DNA of 64,000 nucleotides from an uncultured Actinomycetota bacterium (lineage in GTDB: Bacteria; Actinomycetota; Actinomycetes; UBA12327): positions 137,061 through 201,060 of the forward strand of contig CAWKKI010000006.1 in NCBI GenBank assembly GCA_963850215.1, read 5' to 3'. Position numbers and translations under genes: made by a program. Below the pieces are notes generated by a model that was given only the letters and a program-made list of their open reading frames with translations, ran no database searches and was not told the DNA's origin. Shown one piece after another: positions 21,861 through 34,768 of the stretch; position 1 is the stretch's first letter, and each line of letters opens with the position of its first letter.

Positions 21861-23604
21861 ATGGCAGACCAGATCACCGGAGCCCAGAGCCTCATCCGCT
21901 CGCTGGAGGCTGCCGGGGTAGACACGGTCTTCGGCATCCCGGGCGGCGCGATCCTGCCCGCCTACGACCCGCTTATGGACTCAACGAGTGTTCGTCACAT
22001 CCTCGTTCGCCACGAGCAGGGCGCGGGCCATGCGGCGGAGGGTTACGCGGTTGCGACCGGCAAGGTCGGAGTCTGCATGGCCACCTCCGGGTCCTGGCGC
22101 GACGAACCTTGTGACCCCGTTGGCCGACGCGCACATGGACTCGGTCCCGATCGTCGCCATCACCGGCCAGGTCGCGAGCGCCTCTATTGGCACTGACGCC
22201 TTCCAAGAGGCCGACATCCGTGGCATCTCGATGCCGATCACGAAGCACAACTTCCTCGTGACCGACGCTGCCGACATCGCGCACACCATCGCCGAGGCAT
22301 TTCACATCGCGAGCACGGGCCGCCCCGGTCCGGTGCTCGTCGACATCTCGAAGGACGCTTTGCAGGCGATGACGACCTTCGAGTGGCCGGAGACATCGAC
22401 CTGCCCGGTTACCGCCCAACGACGAAGCCACACTCGCGGCAGATCCGCCAGGCGGCGCACATGATGCTGACCGCGGCGACCCGATCTTCTATGTCGGCGG
22501 TGGCGTGATCCGCGCGCAAGCCAGCCCCGAGTTGCGCCAACTCGCAGACCTGACCGGCATCCCGGTTGTCACGACGTTGATGGCACGGGGGGCTTTTCCC
22601 GACAGCCACCCGTCGCACCTTGGCATGCCGGGCATGCACGGGTCGGTCGCCGCCGTCACGGGCTTGCAGAAGTCGGATCTGCTGATCACGTTGGGCGCGC
22701 GCTTCGACGACCGGGTGACCGGCCAGCTGCTCGTCGTTCGCGCCGAATGCAGCGGTCATTCACGCCGACATCGACCCGGCCGAGATCTCCAAGAATCGCG
22801 TCGCTGACGTCCCGATCGTTGGAGACGTGAAGGAAGTCATCGTCGAACTGATTGCGGCCGTGCGCGAGGAGCTAGCCGAAGGCGTGAAGCCCGATTACAG
22901 CGAATGGTGGGCGACACTCAACCACTGGAAGTCCACGTACCCGATCGGCTACGACGAGCCAGAGGACGGAAGCTTGGCGCCGCAATACGTGATCGAACGC
23001 ATCGGGAAGATCGCCGGACCGGATGCGCTGTACGTCGCGGGGGTGGGCCAGCACCAGATGTGGGCCGCGCAGTTCATCGACTACGAGCACCCGCAGACTC
23101 TGGCTGAACTCCGGCGGCGCAGGAACCATGGGCTACGCGATCCCGGCCGCGATGGGCGCGAAGGTCGGCCGCCCCGACGCGACGGTGTGGGCCATCGACG
23201 GCGACGGCTGCTTCCAGATGACCAATCAGGAGCTGGCCACCTGCGTCATCAACAACATCCCGATCAAGGTTGCCCTGATCAACAACTCCAGCCTCGGCAT
23301 GGTGCGGCAGTGGCAGACGCTCTTCTATGGCGCGCGTTACTCCAACACCGATCTGCACTCGACCCGCGTCCCTGACTTCGTCAAGCTCGCGGAGGCCTAC
23401 GGCTGCGAGGGCATCCGGGTCGAGGAGCAGGGCGAGGTCGACGCGGCCATCGACAAGGCGATGAGCATCAACGATCGTCCGGTGCTCATCGAGTTCGTCG
23501 TTCACCCGGACGCCATGGTGTGGCCGATGGTTGCGGCCGGCACGAGCAATGACGAGATTCTTGTCGCGCGCGACCTCGCGCCTAAGTGGGATCGGGAGGA
23601 CTGA
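21861..23604 (+). pseudogene. ilvB: Acetolactate synthase large subunit, broken by at least 5 single-base indels (near 22095, 22393, 22472, 22745-22830 and 23050).
   Basis: Five ORF fragments in rotating frames collectively cover a full AHAS catalytic subunit (…GIPGGAILP…, …[27 protein letters not shown]…, …[28 protein letters not shown]…, …[15 protein letters not shown]…, …[16 protein letters not shown]…IDGDGCFQM…). The first junction shows an extra G in ccGGG. Confidence 0.9.
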
Positions 23605-24128
23605 TGAGTCGCCATACGTTGTCGGTGCTGGTCGAGAACACCCCTGGTGTGCTCGCGCGCATCGCCGGACTGTTCTCGCGGCGCGGCTTCAACATCGAAT
23701 CGTTGGCGGTCGGTGCGACCGAGGACGAGAACGTCTCGCGCATGACCATCGTCGTCAACGTCGAAGAGCTGCCGCTCGAGCAAGTGACCAAGCAGCTCAA
23801 CAAACTCATCAACGTGCTGAAGATCGTTGAGCTCGACCCTGACAACGCAGTGCAACGAGAGCTGCTGCTCGTCAAGGTGAAGACCGACATGAGCAACCGT
23901 TCGCACGTCATCGAGACCGTGCAGATGTTCAGGGCGAAGGTCGTCGACGTGGCCCCCGACGCCGTGACGATTGAGGCGACTGGCTCGGCCGACAAGCTCG
24001 ATGCCCTGCTGCGGATGCTTGAGCCCTTCGGCGTGAAGGAACTCGTGCAGTCCGGCATGGTGGCCATCTCGCGGGGGGCGCGCTCGATCAGCGACCGCCC
24101 GCTGCGTACCCTCGAGCGCGGCGCCTGA
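23604..24128 (+). CDS. ilvN: Acetolactate synthase small (regulatory) subunit
   Basis: The ACT domain begins MSRHTLSVLVENTPGVLARIAGLFSRRGFNIESLAV. The start overlaps the ilvB stop. Confidence 0.9.
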   Translation: MSRHTLSVLVENTPGVLARIAGLFSRRGFNIESLAVGATEDENVSRMTIVVNVEELPLEQVTKQLNKLINVLKIVELDPDNAVQRELLLVKVKTDMSNRSHVIETVQMFRAKVVDVAPDAVTIEATGSADKLDALLRMLEPFGVKELVQSGMVAISRGARSISDRPLRTLERGA

Positions 24129-24187
24129 TCGCCTCTTTGCGGTCGTGCGGCGGCTCGAATCCGCTTTCGTTGAACATCTCTCTTTGA

Positions 24188-25198
<1,011 letters not shown>

Positions 25199-25287
25199 CC
25201 CGGGCGGTTGTGAAAGCGTTCACAAGCGGTAGTTAGACTGGCGGCTCCGCTGCCGGCTCGTTGCAACGATCGTTGAAGGATCTCCCC

Positions 25288-26886
25288 GTGACCAAGCCTG
25301 TCGTCCTCATTGCCGAAGAACTCTCGCCCGCGACCGTCGAGGCGCTCGGGCCCGACTTCGAGATCCGCCACTGCGACGGCGCCAACCGCGGCGACTTGTT
25401 GCCCGCGATCGCGGATGTCGACGCGATCCTGGTGCGCTCTGCCACGCAAGTCGATGCGGAGGCGATCGCTGCTGCGAAGAAGCTCAAGGTCGTCGCGCGC
25501 GCGGGCGTCGGACTCGACAATGTTGACGTCAAGGCGGCGACGCAGAGCGGAGTGATGGTCGTCAACGCGCCGACATCCAACATCACCAGCGCCGCCGAGC
25601 TGGCAATCGGTCTGCTCTTGGCGAGCGCGCGCAACATCTCGCCAGCAAACGCCGCGTTGCGCAACGGCGAATGGAAGCGCTCGAAGTACTCGGGCGTCGA
25701 GCTCGTCGAGAAGACGATCGGCATCGTCGGCCTCGGTCGGATCGGCGTCCTGGTCGCTCAGCGGATGGCCGGTTTCGGCATGGAGATCGTTGCCTACGAC
25801 CCATATATTCAACCGGCGCGCGCTGCCGCGCTAGGTGCACGGCTGGTCAGCCTTGACGAGTTGCTTGAGGTCTCTGACTTCATCACCGTCCACCTGCCGA
25901 AGACGGCCGAGACCCTTGGGCTCATCGACGCCGCGGCACTCACAAAGGTGAAGCCGACCGTGCACATCATCAATGCAGCGAGAGGCGGCATCGTCGACGA
26001 GCAGGCCCTCTACGACGCGCTCGTCGAGGGTCGCATTGCTGGCGCCGGCCTTGATGTGTACTCAAAGGAACCCTGCACCGACTCGCCGCTCTTCGAGCTC
26101 GACAACGTCGTAGCCACGCCGCACCTCGGCGCAAGCACTGACGAGGCGCAGGAGAAGGCCGGCATCGCGGTCGCTAAGTCGGTACGTCTGGCGCTCGCTG
26201 GCGAGCTCGTGCCTGACGCAGTCAACGTGCAAGGTGGGGCGGTTCCCGAGGACGTGCGTCCGGCACTCCCTTTGACCGAGAAGCTCGGCCAGGTTTTCAC
26301 CGCGATCGCCGGCGGTCTGCCGCAGGGCATAGACGTCGAGGTTCGCGGCGAGCTTTCGGTGCAGGACATCTCGGTGTTGGGGCTGTCGGCACTTAAGGGC
26401 CTGCTCACCGACGTGGTCGAAGAAGGCGTCTCGTACGTCAATGCCCCGCTGTTCGCGAAGGACAAGGGCATCGAGGTCTCGACGAGCACGTCCGCAGAGA
26501 CCGCCGACTACCGCAACCTCGTCACCCTGCGCGGCGTGATGGCGGACGGCACTGCGCTGTCAGTCTCAGGCACGTTGTCGGGCACAAGGTTCGTTGAGAA
26601 GGCCGTGGCGATCGACGGCTACTCGGTCGACATGGTGCTCGCATCGCACCTGGCCTTCTTTATATACGAGGATCGTCCCGGCATGGTCGGGCTGCTCGGC
26701 CGCATCCTCGGCGAGGCAGGCGTCAACATCGCCTCCATGCAGGTCGGCCGCAAGGACGGCGGCGGTGCTCATGGTGACGCACTGATCGCAATGACAGTCG
26801 ACTCGGCGATCGACAGCGACCTGCTCGCGCGCATCACCAACGAGATCGGTGCCAGTACCGGTCAGACCGTGAACATTTCGGCCTGA
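25288..26886 (+). CDS. serA: D-3-phosphoglycerate dehydrogenase. The start is probably GTG at 25288; the ORF is open from 25261.
   Basis: 2-hydroxyacid dehydrogenase catalytic and NAD domains, plus a C-terminal ASB/ACT domain (…GMVGLLGRILGEAGVNIASMQVGR…). Confidence 0.95.
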   Translation: MTKPVVLIAEELSPATVEALGPDFEIRHCDGANRGDLLPAIADVDAILVRSATQVDAEAIAAAKKLKVVARAGVGLDNVDVKAATQSGVMVVNAPTSNITSAAELAIGLLLASARNISPANAALRNGEWKRSKYSGVELVEKTIGIVGLGRIGVLVAQRMAGFGMEIVAYDPYIQPARAAALGARLVSLDELLEVSDFITVHLPKTAETLGLIDAAALTKVKPTVHIINAARGGIVDEQALYDALVEGRIAGAGLDVYSKEPCTDSPLFELDNVVATPHLGASTDEAQEKAGIAVAKSVRLALAGELVPDAVNVQGGAVPEDVRPALPLTEKLGQVFTAIAGGLPQGIDVEVRGELSVQDISVLGLSALKGLLTDVVEEGVSYVNAPLFAKDKGIEVSTSTSAETADYRNLVTLRGVMADGTALSVSGTLSGTRFVEKAVAIDGYSVDMVLASHLAFFIYEDRPGMVGLLGRILGEAGVNIASMQVGRKDGGGAHGDALIAMTVDSAIDSDLLARITNEIGASTGQTVNISA

Positions 26887-26889
26887 CCT

Positions 26890-27948
26890 ATGGCGCACAC
26901 CATCGACCTGGCCGTCGCCCCCGGCGACGGCATCGGGCAAGAAGTTGTACCCGAGGCGCTGAAGGTTCTCGATGTTGTTGCACCGCGGTACGACCTGGCC
27001 ATCGCCCAGACCGAGTACGACCTCGGTTGGCGGATGTACGACCGGCTTGGCGATGTGCTGCCAGACGAGGTCGTGGACGATCTTCGCCGCCACGATGCGA
27101 TTCTGTTCGGCGCAGTCGGTGACCCACGCGTACCGCCCGGTCTGCTCGAGCGCGGCATGCTGCTCAAGCTTCGATTCGCACTCGACCACCACGTCAATCT
27201 GCGGCCAGTGCGACTCTTCCCCGGCATGGCCACGCCGATTGCGGGGCTGACGCCGGACCGCTGCGACATCCTGGTCGTCCGCGAAGGCACTGAAGGCCCG
27301 TACGTCGGTAGCGGTGGCACTGTACGTCGAGGCACACCGCACGAGATCGCGACCGAAGAGTCGATCAACACCGCGTTCGGTGTCGAGCGGGTGGTGCGGT
27401 ACGCGTTCGCGCGCGCGCAGACGCGGCGCAAGTTGCTGACTCTCGTGCACAAGACCAACGTGCTGACTCATGCCGGCTCGTTGTACCAACGAATAGTCAA
27501 CGAAGTGAGCGGCGAGTTCCCCGAGGTCATCGTCGACTACTGCCACGTGGATGCGGCCGCGATGTACTTCATCACCGCACCCGAGCGATTCGACGTCATC
27601 GTCACTGACAACCTGTTCGGTGACGTGATCACCGACATTGGCGCCGCCGTCGCCGGCGGCATCGGGCTCGCGGCCTCCGGAAACATCGACGCAAGTCGGG
27701 CAAACCCGAGCATGTTCGAGCCCGTTCATGGGTCCGCTCCTGACATCGCTGGTCAAGGCAAGGCCGACCCGACCGCATGCATCTTGTCCTTGGCGCTGCT
27801 GCTCGACCATGTGGGCGCACACGATGCCGCGTCCGCCGTCGAAGGAGCGGCGGCTGCCGACATTGCCGCCCGCGCTGATCTCGGCCAGCGCAGCACGAGC
27901 GAGATCGGTGACGCGATCGCGAAAGGTTCGGCTAACGTCGGAACATGA
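26890..27948 (+). CDS. leuB: 3-isopropylmalate dehydrogenase
   Basis: 352 aa with the IMDH signature (…[25 protein letters not shown]…). Confidence 0.95.
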   Translation: MAHTIDLAVAPGDGIGQEVVPEALKVLDVVAPRYDLAIAQTEYDLGWRMYDRLGDVLPDEVVDDLRRHDAILFGAVGDPRVPPGLLERGMLLKLRFALDHHVNLRPVRLFPGMATPIAGLTPDRCDILVVREGTEGPYVGSGGTVRRGTPHEIATEESINTAFGVERVVRYAFARAQTRRKLLTLVHKTNVLTHAGSLYQRIVNEVSGEFPEVIVDYCHVDAAAMYFITAPERFDVIVTDNLFGDVITDIGAAVAGGIGLAASGNIDASRANPSMFEPVHGSAPDIAGQGKADPTACILSLALLLDHVGAHDAASAVEGAAAADIAARADLGQRSTSEIGDAIAKGSANVGT

Positions 27949-29036
27949 CGTCGATCGCCCTGAAGCCCACTAGCAATCCGCTCAACGATGCGGACCGCCA
28001 GTCCGCCATGACGAACCCGGGTTTCGGACGCGTATTCACCGACAACATGGTCGCGATCCCGTGGACCGAGGGCCAGGGATGGCACGACGCGCAACTGGTT
28101 CCCTACGCGCCGACCACACTCGACCCGGCCTCGATGGTGCTGCACTACGGCCAGACGATCTTCGAGGGGCTCAAGGCGTATCGACTGCCCGACGGTGATG
28201 TCGCGTGCTTCCGCCCGTTCGAGAACGCCCACCGCTTCCAGCGCTCGGCTCGACGCCTCGCGATGCCTGAGCTCCCCGACGAGTTGTTCATCGGGTCCAT
28301 CGATGCACTGGTGCGCCAAGAAGCGGCATGGGTGCCCGACAGCCACGAGGAGTCGCTTTACCTGCGCCCGTTCATGATCCCGACCGAGGTCGGGCTCGGG
28401 GTGCGGCCCTCGAATGCCTATCTGTACACGCTCATCGCCTCGCCTGCCGGCGCGTACTTCGCCGGAGGCGTCAAGCCGGTGACGGTGTGGCTGTCAACGG
28501 ACTACACGCGTGCGGCTCCCGGCGGCACCGGTGCGGCCAAGTGCGGCGGCAACTATGCAGCCTCGCTCGCCGCGCAGGCGGAGGCTGCGGCGAAGGGCTG
28601 CGACCAAGTCGTCTGGCTCGACGCAAACGAGCACCGCCACGTCGAAGAGATGGGCGGCATGAACCTCTGCTTCGTCTACGGCAGCGGCGAAGGCGCACGG
28701 ATCATCACGCCGGCGCTCAACGGTGCGCTGCTTCCCGGTGTCACGCGAGACTCGTTGCTGACGCTTGCGCGCGACCTCGGCTACGAGTCCGGTGAAGGCG
28801 ACATCACGATCGACCAATGGCGTGAGGGCAACGCATCCGGCGAGATCACCGAAGTCTTCGCGTGCGGTACGGCAGCAGTCATCACACCGGTCGGTGCGGT
28901 TAAGTCCGCCGAGCACGACTGGACCATCGGCGACGGCGGCTCGGGCCCTATCACGATGCGTCTGCGCGAGGCGTTGCTCAGCATCCAGCACGGCACTGCA
29001 CCCGACCACCACGGCTGGCTGCACCGCATCCCGTAG
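27945..29036 (+). CDS. ilvE: Branched-chain amino acid aminotransferase
   Basis: 363-aa class IV PLP aminotransferase (…EGLKAYR…, …[10 protein letters not shown]…). Confidence 0.9.
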   Translation: MTSIALKPTSNPLNDADRQSAMTNPGFGRVFTDNMVAIPWTEGQGWHDAQLVPYAPTTLDPASMVLHYGQTIFEGLKAYRLPDGDVACFRPFENAHRFQRSARRLAMPELPDELFIGSIDALVRQEAAWVPDSHEESLYLRPFMIPTEVGLGVRPSNAYLYTLIASPAGAYFAGGVKPVTVWLSTDYTRAAPGGTGAAKCGGNYAASLAAQAEAAAKGCDQVVWLDANEHRHVEEMGGMNLCFVYGSGEGARIITPALNGALLPGVTRDSLLTLARDLGYESGEGDITIDQWREGNASGEITEVFACGTAAVITPVGAVKSAEHDWTIGDGGSGPITMRLREALLSIQHGTAPDHHGWLHRIP

Positions 29037-29186
29037 CGACCCGCCCTGAGGCCTTGGGATCGCGCGCAAAAGCGCACGAAACCACTGACGGACGAGCGCT
29101 GTCTGCGGTTTCGTGGCTCATATGGCTCGAAGTTGCAGACGGTGCGCGGAAGGTCGGGTCAGCGGGCGTCGGTAGGCTCACCGTTC

Positions 29187-29984
29187 ATGCGCATTGGACG
29201 GTTTTCAGTCGGGGAAGCAGTCGCGTTCGGCGTAGTCGAGGGTGATCCGGAGGCGACCGGAGGCGGCGCTGGCGCCGAGGCCGAGGTCGCCTTTATCGCG
29301 GGCCATCCGTTCGGCCCGATCGAGTTCACTGGCCAGCGCGCTCCACTCGCCGACGTGCGCGTGCTCGCACCCGTCCTCCCAAGCAAGATCCTCGCCTTCG
29401 GCCGCAACTACGCTGAGCACGCACGTGAGATGGGCAACGAGATCCCGGACTTTCCGGTCTGTTTCCTCAAGCCGTCGACGAGCGTGATCGGCCCCCGCGA
29501 GTCGATCGCGTACCCGCCGCAGAGTCACAACGTTCATCACGAGGCCGAGCTAGCGGTCGTCATCGGCCGGCTCTGCCGAGACGTGCCAGCCGCGCGTGTC
29601 AACGAAGTCATCCTCGGCTACACCTGCGCCAACGACGTGAGCGCGCGCGATCTGCAGGCGAGCGACGGGCAGTGGGGCAGAGCCAAGGGGTTCGACACCT
29701 TCTGCCCGTTGGGACCGTGGATCGAGACTGACCTCGACATCGACGACGTCGAAATCAGCTGCACGGTCAACGGTGAAGAACGTCAGCACTCGTCTACTGC
29801 GCTACTGCTTCACAAGGTCGAGGAGCTCGTGGTCTGGGCCTCGGCCGTCATGACGCTGCTGCCGGGTGACGTGCTTCTGACCGGCACACCAGAGGGCGTA
29901 GGGCCGATCGAAGTTGGCGACGAAGTGTCCGTAAGCATCGAGGGAATCGGCACGTTGACCAACGGAGTGATAGCGCGTGACTGA
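29187..29984 (+). CDS. Fumarylacetoacetate hydrolase (FAH) family protein
   Basis: MRIGRF… start. FAH-fold motifs (…[20 protein letters not shown]…, …GTPEGVG…). Confidence 0.85.
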   Translation: MRIGRFSVGEAVAFGVVEGDPEATGGGAGAEAEVAFIAGHPFGPIEFTGQRAPLADVRVLAPVLPSKILAFGRNYAEHAREMGNEIPDFPVCFLKPSTSVIGPRESIAYPPQSHNVHHEAELAVVIGRLCRDVPAARVNEVILGYTCANDVSARDLQASDGQWGRAKGFDTFCPLGPWIETDLDIDDVEISCTVNGEERQHSSTALLLHKVEELVVWASAVMTLLPGDVLLTGTPEGVGPIEVGDEVSVSIEGIGTLTNGVIARD

Positions 29985-31488
29985 TTCCTCCACCGACCTC
30001 GAGGTCACCGGGGGCGCACCCGTGCGCGTGCGCTTCTGCCCGTCCCCGACCGGAAACCCGCACGTCGGCGTCGTCCGCACGGCTCTGTTCAACTGGGCCT
30101 TCGCGCGCCACTACGGCGGGACCTTCGTTTTCCGGATCGAAGACACCGACTCCTCGCGCGACTCCGAGGAGTCATACGAGCAGATGCTTGGCGTCATGCG
30201 TTGGCTCGGGCTGGACTGGGATGAGGGACCCGAGGTCGGCGGCCCGTTTGGTCCGTACCGACAGTCGCAGCGGCTCGACCTCTACGCAGACGTCGCCCGT
30301 CGGCTGCTCGAGGCAGGGCTCGCGTACGAGTCCTTCTCGACGCCCGATGAGGTCGAGCGCAGGCGCATCGACGCAGGCCAGGACCCGAAACTCGGCTACG
30401 ACAATCGCGATCGCGACCTGACGCCCGAGGAGCGCGTGGAGTTCCGCGCGCAGGGCCGACTGCCTGTCCTGCGTCTGGTGATGCCCGCTGAGGACCTGAC
30501 GTTCCACGACTTCGTTCGCGGTGATGTGCACTTCGCTGCTGGCAGCGTTCCGGACTTCGTCCTCGTGCGGGGTAACGGCGATCCGCTCTACACCTTGACC
30601 AATCCGCTCGATGACGCGCTGATGGGCATCACGCACGTGCTGCGCGGTGAAGACCTGCTGTCCTCTACCCCGCGGCAGGTCGCGCTCTTCCAGGCGCTCG
30701 GGAAGATCGGCATCGGATCGGGCGAAGCGCCGAAGTACGCACACCTGCCCTTGGTCATGGGGGAGGGCAACCGCAAGCTGTCCAAGCGCGACCCGCAGTC
30801 CTCGATCGAGTTCTACCGGACCGCCGGATACATCCCCGCGGGTCTGCTCAACTACCTCGCGCTCCTCGGCTGGTCCCTAACCGACGACCGCGACGTCTTC
30901 TCGATGCAGGAGATGCAAGACGCGTTCGACGTGCGCCGAGTCAATTCCGCGCCCGCGCGCTTCGACGAGAAGAAGGCGATCGCTATCAACGCGGCGCACA
31001 TCCGCGCGATGTCGCCCGAGGACTTCGCACCGATGCTCGGCTTTTACCTCGGCGCGGCCGGTCTGATCGCGCATCCACCGACAGATGACGAACGCGCCAT
31101 GGTCACTGCAGTCGCGCCGTTGGTCCAGGAGCGGATGAACGTGCTTGGTGAAGCACCTGACATGGTCCGCTTCCTGTTCCTCCGAGACGGCGTCTTCGCA
31201 GTCGAGGAGTCTTCGGTGGCGATGCTCAGCACGCCCGAGTCTCAGCAAGTCGTGGTCGCTGCGCACGAGGCGTTGCAGGGCGTGAGTAGCTGGGATGCCG
31301 AGTCGATCGAGGCTGCGTTGCGCGTCGCGTTGATCGACGGCCTCGGCCTCAAGCCGAAGCACGCATTCGGCCCGGTCCGAGTTGCCGTTACGGGGCGCCG
31401 GGTCTCGCCGCCGCTGTTCGAATCGATGCATTTGCTCGGTCGTGATCACTCGTTGCTGCGACTCGAGGCCGCCACGCACCTGCACTGA
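29977..31488 (+). CDS. gltX: Glutamyl-tRNA synthetase
   Basis: Class I HIGH-like motif ([10 protein letters not shown]) and KMSKS-like motif (KLSKRD). Confidence 0.95.
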   Translation: MTDSSTDLEVTGGAPVRVRFCPSPTGNPHVGVVRTALFNWAFARHYGGTFVFRIEDTDSSRDSEESYEQMLGVMRWLGLDWDEGPEVGGPFGPYRQSQRLDLYADVARRLLEAGLAYESFSTPDEVERRRIDAGQDPKLGYDNRDRDLTPEERVEFRAQGRLPVLRLVMPAEDLTFHDFVRGDVHFAAGSVPDFVLVRGNGDPLYTLTNPLDDALMGITHVLRGEDLLSSTPRQVALFQALGKIGIGSGEAPKYAHLPLVMGEGNRKLSKRDPQSSIEFYRTAGYIPAGLLNYLALLGWSLTDDRDVFSMQEMQDAFDVRRVNSAPARFDEKKAIAINAAHIRAMSPEDFAPMLGFYLGAAGLIAHPPTDDERAMVTAVAPLVQERMNVLGEAPDMVRFLFLRDGVFAVEESSVAMLSTPESQQVVVAAHEALQGVSSWDAESIEAALRVALIDGLGLKPKHAFGPVRVAVTGRRVSPPLFESMHLLGRDHSLLRLEAATHLH

Positions 31489-31572
31489 TTGGCGAGTTGG
31501 GGCGTCGCTGACACGTCGGCTATCCTCAACGAGGCCTCGAGCCGGATCGCTTGCGATCACGCTTCGGAGCCA

Positions 31573-31644
31573 TTGGGGTATGGGGTAATTGGCAGCCCGA
31601 CGGGTTCTGGCCCCGTTAGTCTAGGTTCGAGTCCTGGTACCCCA
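31573..31644 (+). tRNA. tRNA-Gln (anticodon CTG)
   Basis: Cloverleaf TGGGGTATGGGGTAATTGGCAGCCCGACGGGTTCTGGCCCCGTTAG…GGTTCGAGTCC…TACCCCAG. The anticodon loop is TTCTGGC. Confidence 0.85.
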
Positions 31645-31759
31645 GCGATGCGATCCGTTAGTGCGGATCGCATACGTGTGTAGAGGGCGCGTGCGGGCGT
31701 GCAGACGGTGCGTGCAGAGCCCGCGAACTCATGTCACACGGTGCACGAGATGTGGCCTG

Positions 31760-31832
31760 GCCCCGTTGTGTAGTGGCCTAGCACGCCGCCCTCTCAAGGC
31801 GGTAGCGCGGGTTCGAATCCCGTCGGGGCTAC
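31760..31832 (+). tRNA. tRNA-Glu (anticodon CTC)
   Basis: GCCCCGTTGTGTAGTGGCCTAGCACGCCGCCCTCTCAAGGCGG…GGGTTCGAATCCCGTCGGGGCT. The anticodon loop is CTCTCAA. Confidence 0.85.
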
Positions 31833-31841
31833 ATCGCGATC

Positions 31842-31880
31842 GAGCCCCTCGCTTCGGCGCGGGGCTCGTCGTCTGTTTGA
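31842..31880 (+). terminator. Intrinsic terminator after tRNA-Glu. It can also act as a bidirectional terminator for the convergent IclR gene.
   Basis: Stem gagcccc…ggggctc (7 bp) followed by the T-rich stretch gtcgtctgtttga. Confidence 0.55.
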
Positions 31881-31898
31881 GGTCTGTGGCCCGATGCG

Positions 31899-32615
31899 TC
31901 AGGCCGGTCGGCGAACCGCGTCCGTGAGTCGGGCCGCCGCGGCGGTCGTCGCAGCCGCGTGCATGCGACCCGGCGTTCGTCCCAGCCGTTCGATCGGGCC
32001 GGACACGCTCAGCGCGGCGACCACCCGTCCCGACGGACCGCGCACGGGCGCCGACACCGACGCCACACCGGACTCGCGTTCTCCGATGCTCTGTGCCCAA
32101 CCGCGACGGCGCACGCCGGCGAGCACGGTCGCGGTGAAGCGGGCGCTGGACAGGCCGCGGTGCATCCGATCCGGCTCTTCCCAGGCCAGCAGCACCTGCG
32201 CGGCCGATCCGGCCTGCATGGTCAGCACCGATCCCACCGGGACGGAGTCGCGAAGGCCGTGTGAACGCTCGGCGGCAGCCACGCAGATTCGTTGATCGCC
32301 CTGTCGGCGGTATAGCTGCGCGCTCTCACCGGTCGCGTCGCGCAGCGCGGTCAGTACCGGCCCTGCAGCGGCGAGCAGTCGGTCCTCTCCGGCAGCTGCG
32401 GCAAGCTCGGCCAGTCGCGGCCCGAGGACGAATCGGCCCTGCAGGTCGCGCGCCACCATCCGGTGGTACTCGAGGGCCACGGCCAGCCGGTGGGCGGTGG
32501 GTCGGGCCAGTCCAGTTGCGTTGACCAGTCCAGCCAACGATGCCGGACCTGCCTCGAGAGCACCGAGCACCAGGGCGGCCTTGTCCAGAACGCCGACTCC
32601 GCTAGAGTTGTCCAT
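31899..32615 (-). CDS. IclR-family transcriptional regulator, divergent from leuCD (LtbR-like)
   Basis: N-terminal wHTH ([12 protein letters not shown]…[19 protein letters not shown]) and a C-terminal IclR effector domain. This position upstream of leuC is conserved in actinobacteria. Confidence 0.85.
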   Translation of the reverse strand: MDNSSGVGVLDKAALVLGALEAGPASLAGLVNATGLARPTAHRLAVALEYHRMVARDLQGRFVLGPRLAELAAAAGEDRLLAAAGPVLTALRDATGESAQLYRRQGDQRICVAAAERSHGLRDSVPVGSVLTMQAGSAAQVLLAWEEPDRMHRGLSSARFTATVLAGVRRRGWAQSIGERESGVASVSAPVRGPSGRVVAALSVSGPIERLGRTPGRMHAAATTAAAARLTDAVRRPA

Positions 32616-32720
32616 GAAGTGATACTGCCGTCTCGACATTCGAGACGCAAGCCGTTGCGCGGAATCCCTTCAACGAAGAGGCAAACAACGGTCGACACGA
32701 CCGACGTACGAGGAGTTGAG

Positions 32721-34136
32721 ATGGGCCGCACCCTGTCGGAGAAGGTTTGGGACGCTCACGTGGTTCGCCACGTCGAGAACGAGCCCGACCTCATCTACAT
32801 CGATGTGCACCTGGTGCACGAGGTCACGAGTCCGCAGGCGTTCGACGGGCTCCGCCTCGCCGGGCGTGGAGTGCGTCGCCCCGATCTCACCATCGCGGTC
32901 GAGGATCACAACGTCCCGACCTTCGACATCGACAAGCCGATTCCCGATCCGATCGCACGCGCTCAGATCGAAGCGCTGCGCGCGAACTGCGAGGAGTTCG
33001 GCATCGAGATCCATTCACTCGGCGACGCGGACCAGGGGATCGTGCACGTAATCGGCCCGCAGCTCGGCCTGACTCAGCCAGGAGTCACGGTCGTGTGCGG
33101 CGACAGTCACACCGCCACTCATGGCGCATTCGGTGCGCTGGCATTCGGCATCGGCACGTCCGAGGTCGAGCACGTGCTCGCGACGCAGACGTTGTCGTTG
33201 CGTCCGTTCAAGACGATGGCAGTCACAGTCAACGGAACGCTGCCTGACGGTGTCAGCGCCAAGGACCTGATCCTCGCGGTCATCGCGAAGGTCGGTACCG
33301 GCGGCGGTCAGGGACACGTCATCGAGTACCGCGGCGAGGCGATCGAGTCGCTGTCGATGGAAGCGCGCATGACGGTGTGCAACATGTCGATCGAGGCCGG
33401 AGCACGCGCGGGGATGATCGCTCCGGACGAGACGACCTTCGCGTACTTGAAAGGCCGCCAGCACGCGCCGCAGGGTGCGGAGTGGGATGCGGCAGTTGAG
33501 TACTGGGCGTCGTTGCGCACCGACGCAGACGCGACGTACGACAAGGAAGTCGTGATCAACGCGGATGAGCTCGCGCCATTCGTCACCTGGGGGACCAACC
33601 CTGGTCAGGGCGTGCCGCTGTCTTCGAGCGTCCCCTCGCCCGAGGACTTCGCAGACCCCGTCGAGCGCGAGGCCGCAGAGGGCGCACTCGCGTACATGGA
33701 ACTCACTGCCGGTCAGCCGATGCGTGACATTGCAGTTGACGTCGTCTTCATCGGTTCCTGTACCAACGGGCGGATCGAAGACCTGCGAAGCGCAGCGAAG
33801 GTGCTCGACGGTCGCAAGGTCGCAGACACCGTCTCGATGATCGTCGTGCCGGGCTCTGCGCGAGTGCGCATCGACGCCGAGGCCGAGGGTCTCGACAAGG
33901 TGTTCATCGATGCAGGCGCGCAGTGGCGCAACGCTGGCTGCTCGATGTGCATTGGCATGAACGCTGACCACCTCTCCAGCCGTCAGCGCAGCGCATCGAC
34001 GTCCAACCGCAATTTCGAAGGACGCCAAGGCCCGGGCGCGCGCACGCACCTGGTCTCGCCCGCAGTCGCTGCGGCTACTGCGGTTGCGGGCCATCTCGCG
34101 GCCCCGTCCGACCTGCCCGAGTTCGTTTCCGCTTGA
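32721..34136 (+). CDS. leuC: 3-isopropylmalate dehydratase large subunit
   Basis: [15 protein letters not shown]… after an AGGAG RBS. It carries the aconitase-family motifs. Confidence 0.95.
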   Translation: MGRTLSEKVWDAHVVRHVENEPDLIYIDVHLVHEVTSPQAFDGLRLAGRGVRRPDLTIAVEDHNVPTFDIDKPIPDPIARAQIEALRANCEEFGIEIHSLGDADQGIVHVIGPQLGLTQPGVTVVCGDSHTATHGAFGALAFGIGTSEVEHVLATQTLSLRPFKTMAVTVNGTLPDGVSAKDLILAVIAKVGTGGGQGHVIEYRGEAIESLSMEARMTVCNMSIEAGARAGMIAPDETTFAYLKGRQHAPQGAEWDAAVEYWASLRTDADATYDKEVVINADELAPFVTWGTNPGQGVPLSSSVPSPEDFADPVEREAAEGALAYMELTAGQPMRDIAVDVVFIGSCTNGRIEDLRSAAKVLDGRKVADTVSMIVVPGSARVRIDAEAEGLDKVFIDAGAQWRNAGCSMCIGMNADHLSSRQRSASTSNRNFEGRQGPGARTHLVSPAVAAATAVAGHLAAPSDLPEFVSA

Positions 34137-34164
34137 TCCACCGTTGATTTCGGAGACTTTCGTC

Positions 34165-34764
34165 ATGGAGAAGTTCACTACCCACACCGGCACCGCGGTG
34201 CCCTTGCGTCGGAGCAACGTCGACACCGATCAGATCCTGCCCGGCGAGTTCCTCAAGCGGATCACTCGCACTGGATACGAGGACGCCTGCTTCTACGAGT
34301 GGCGACAGGACCCTGAGTTCGTCATGAACCTCCCGCAGTACCAAGGCGCAACCGTCCTCGTCGCCGGGCCGGAGTTCGGCACCGGCTCGTCGCGAGAGCA
34401 CGCGGTCTGGGCGCTGCAGGACTACGGCTTCCGGGTCGTGATCTCACCCCGCTTCGCCGACATCTTCCGCGGCAACTGCGGGAAGAACGGTCTGGTCACT
34501 GCACAGGTCGACGCCGACGTGGTCGAAGCGTTGTGGGACCTCGTGGAGTCTGACCCATCGGCGCATGTCACCGTCGATCTCGAAGCCAGGACAGTGAGTG
34601 CAGGCGAGATCCTGGCGACCTTCGCCATTGACGAGTACGTGCGCTGGCGCTTCCTCGAAGGGCTCGACGACATCGGCATCACGTTGCAGCACGCCGACGA
34701 CATCTCGTCGTTCGAGTCGTCGCGCTTCGACTGGTTGCCGCACACTCACGCCGCCGCGAGCTGA
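34165..34764 (+). CDS. leuD: 3-isopropylmalate dehydratase small subunit
   Basis: [24 protein letters not shown]…, an aconitase swivel domain. Confidence 0.95.
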   Translation: MEKFTTHTGTAVPLRRSNVDTDQILPGEFLKRITRTGYEDACFYEWRQDPEFVMNLPQYQGATVLVAGPEFGTGSSREHAVWALQDYGFRVVISPRFADIFRGNCGKNGLVTAQVDADVVEALWDLVESDPSAHVTVDLEARTVSAGEILATFAIDEYVRWRFLEGLDDIGITLQHADDISSFESSRFDWLPHTHAAAS

Positions 34765-34768
34765 TCGC

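Noticed and set aside
26566-27822. 418-aa minus-strand ORF
   Set aside because: It is antisense to leuB.
33015-34226. 403-aa minus-strand ORF
   Set aside because: It is antisense to leuC.
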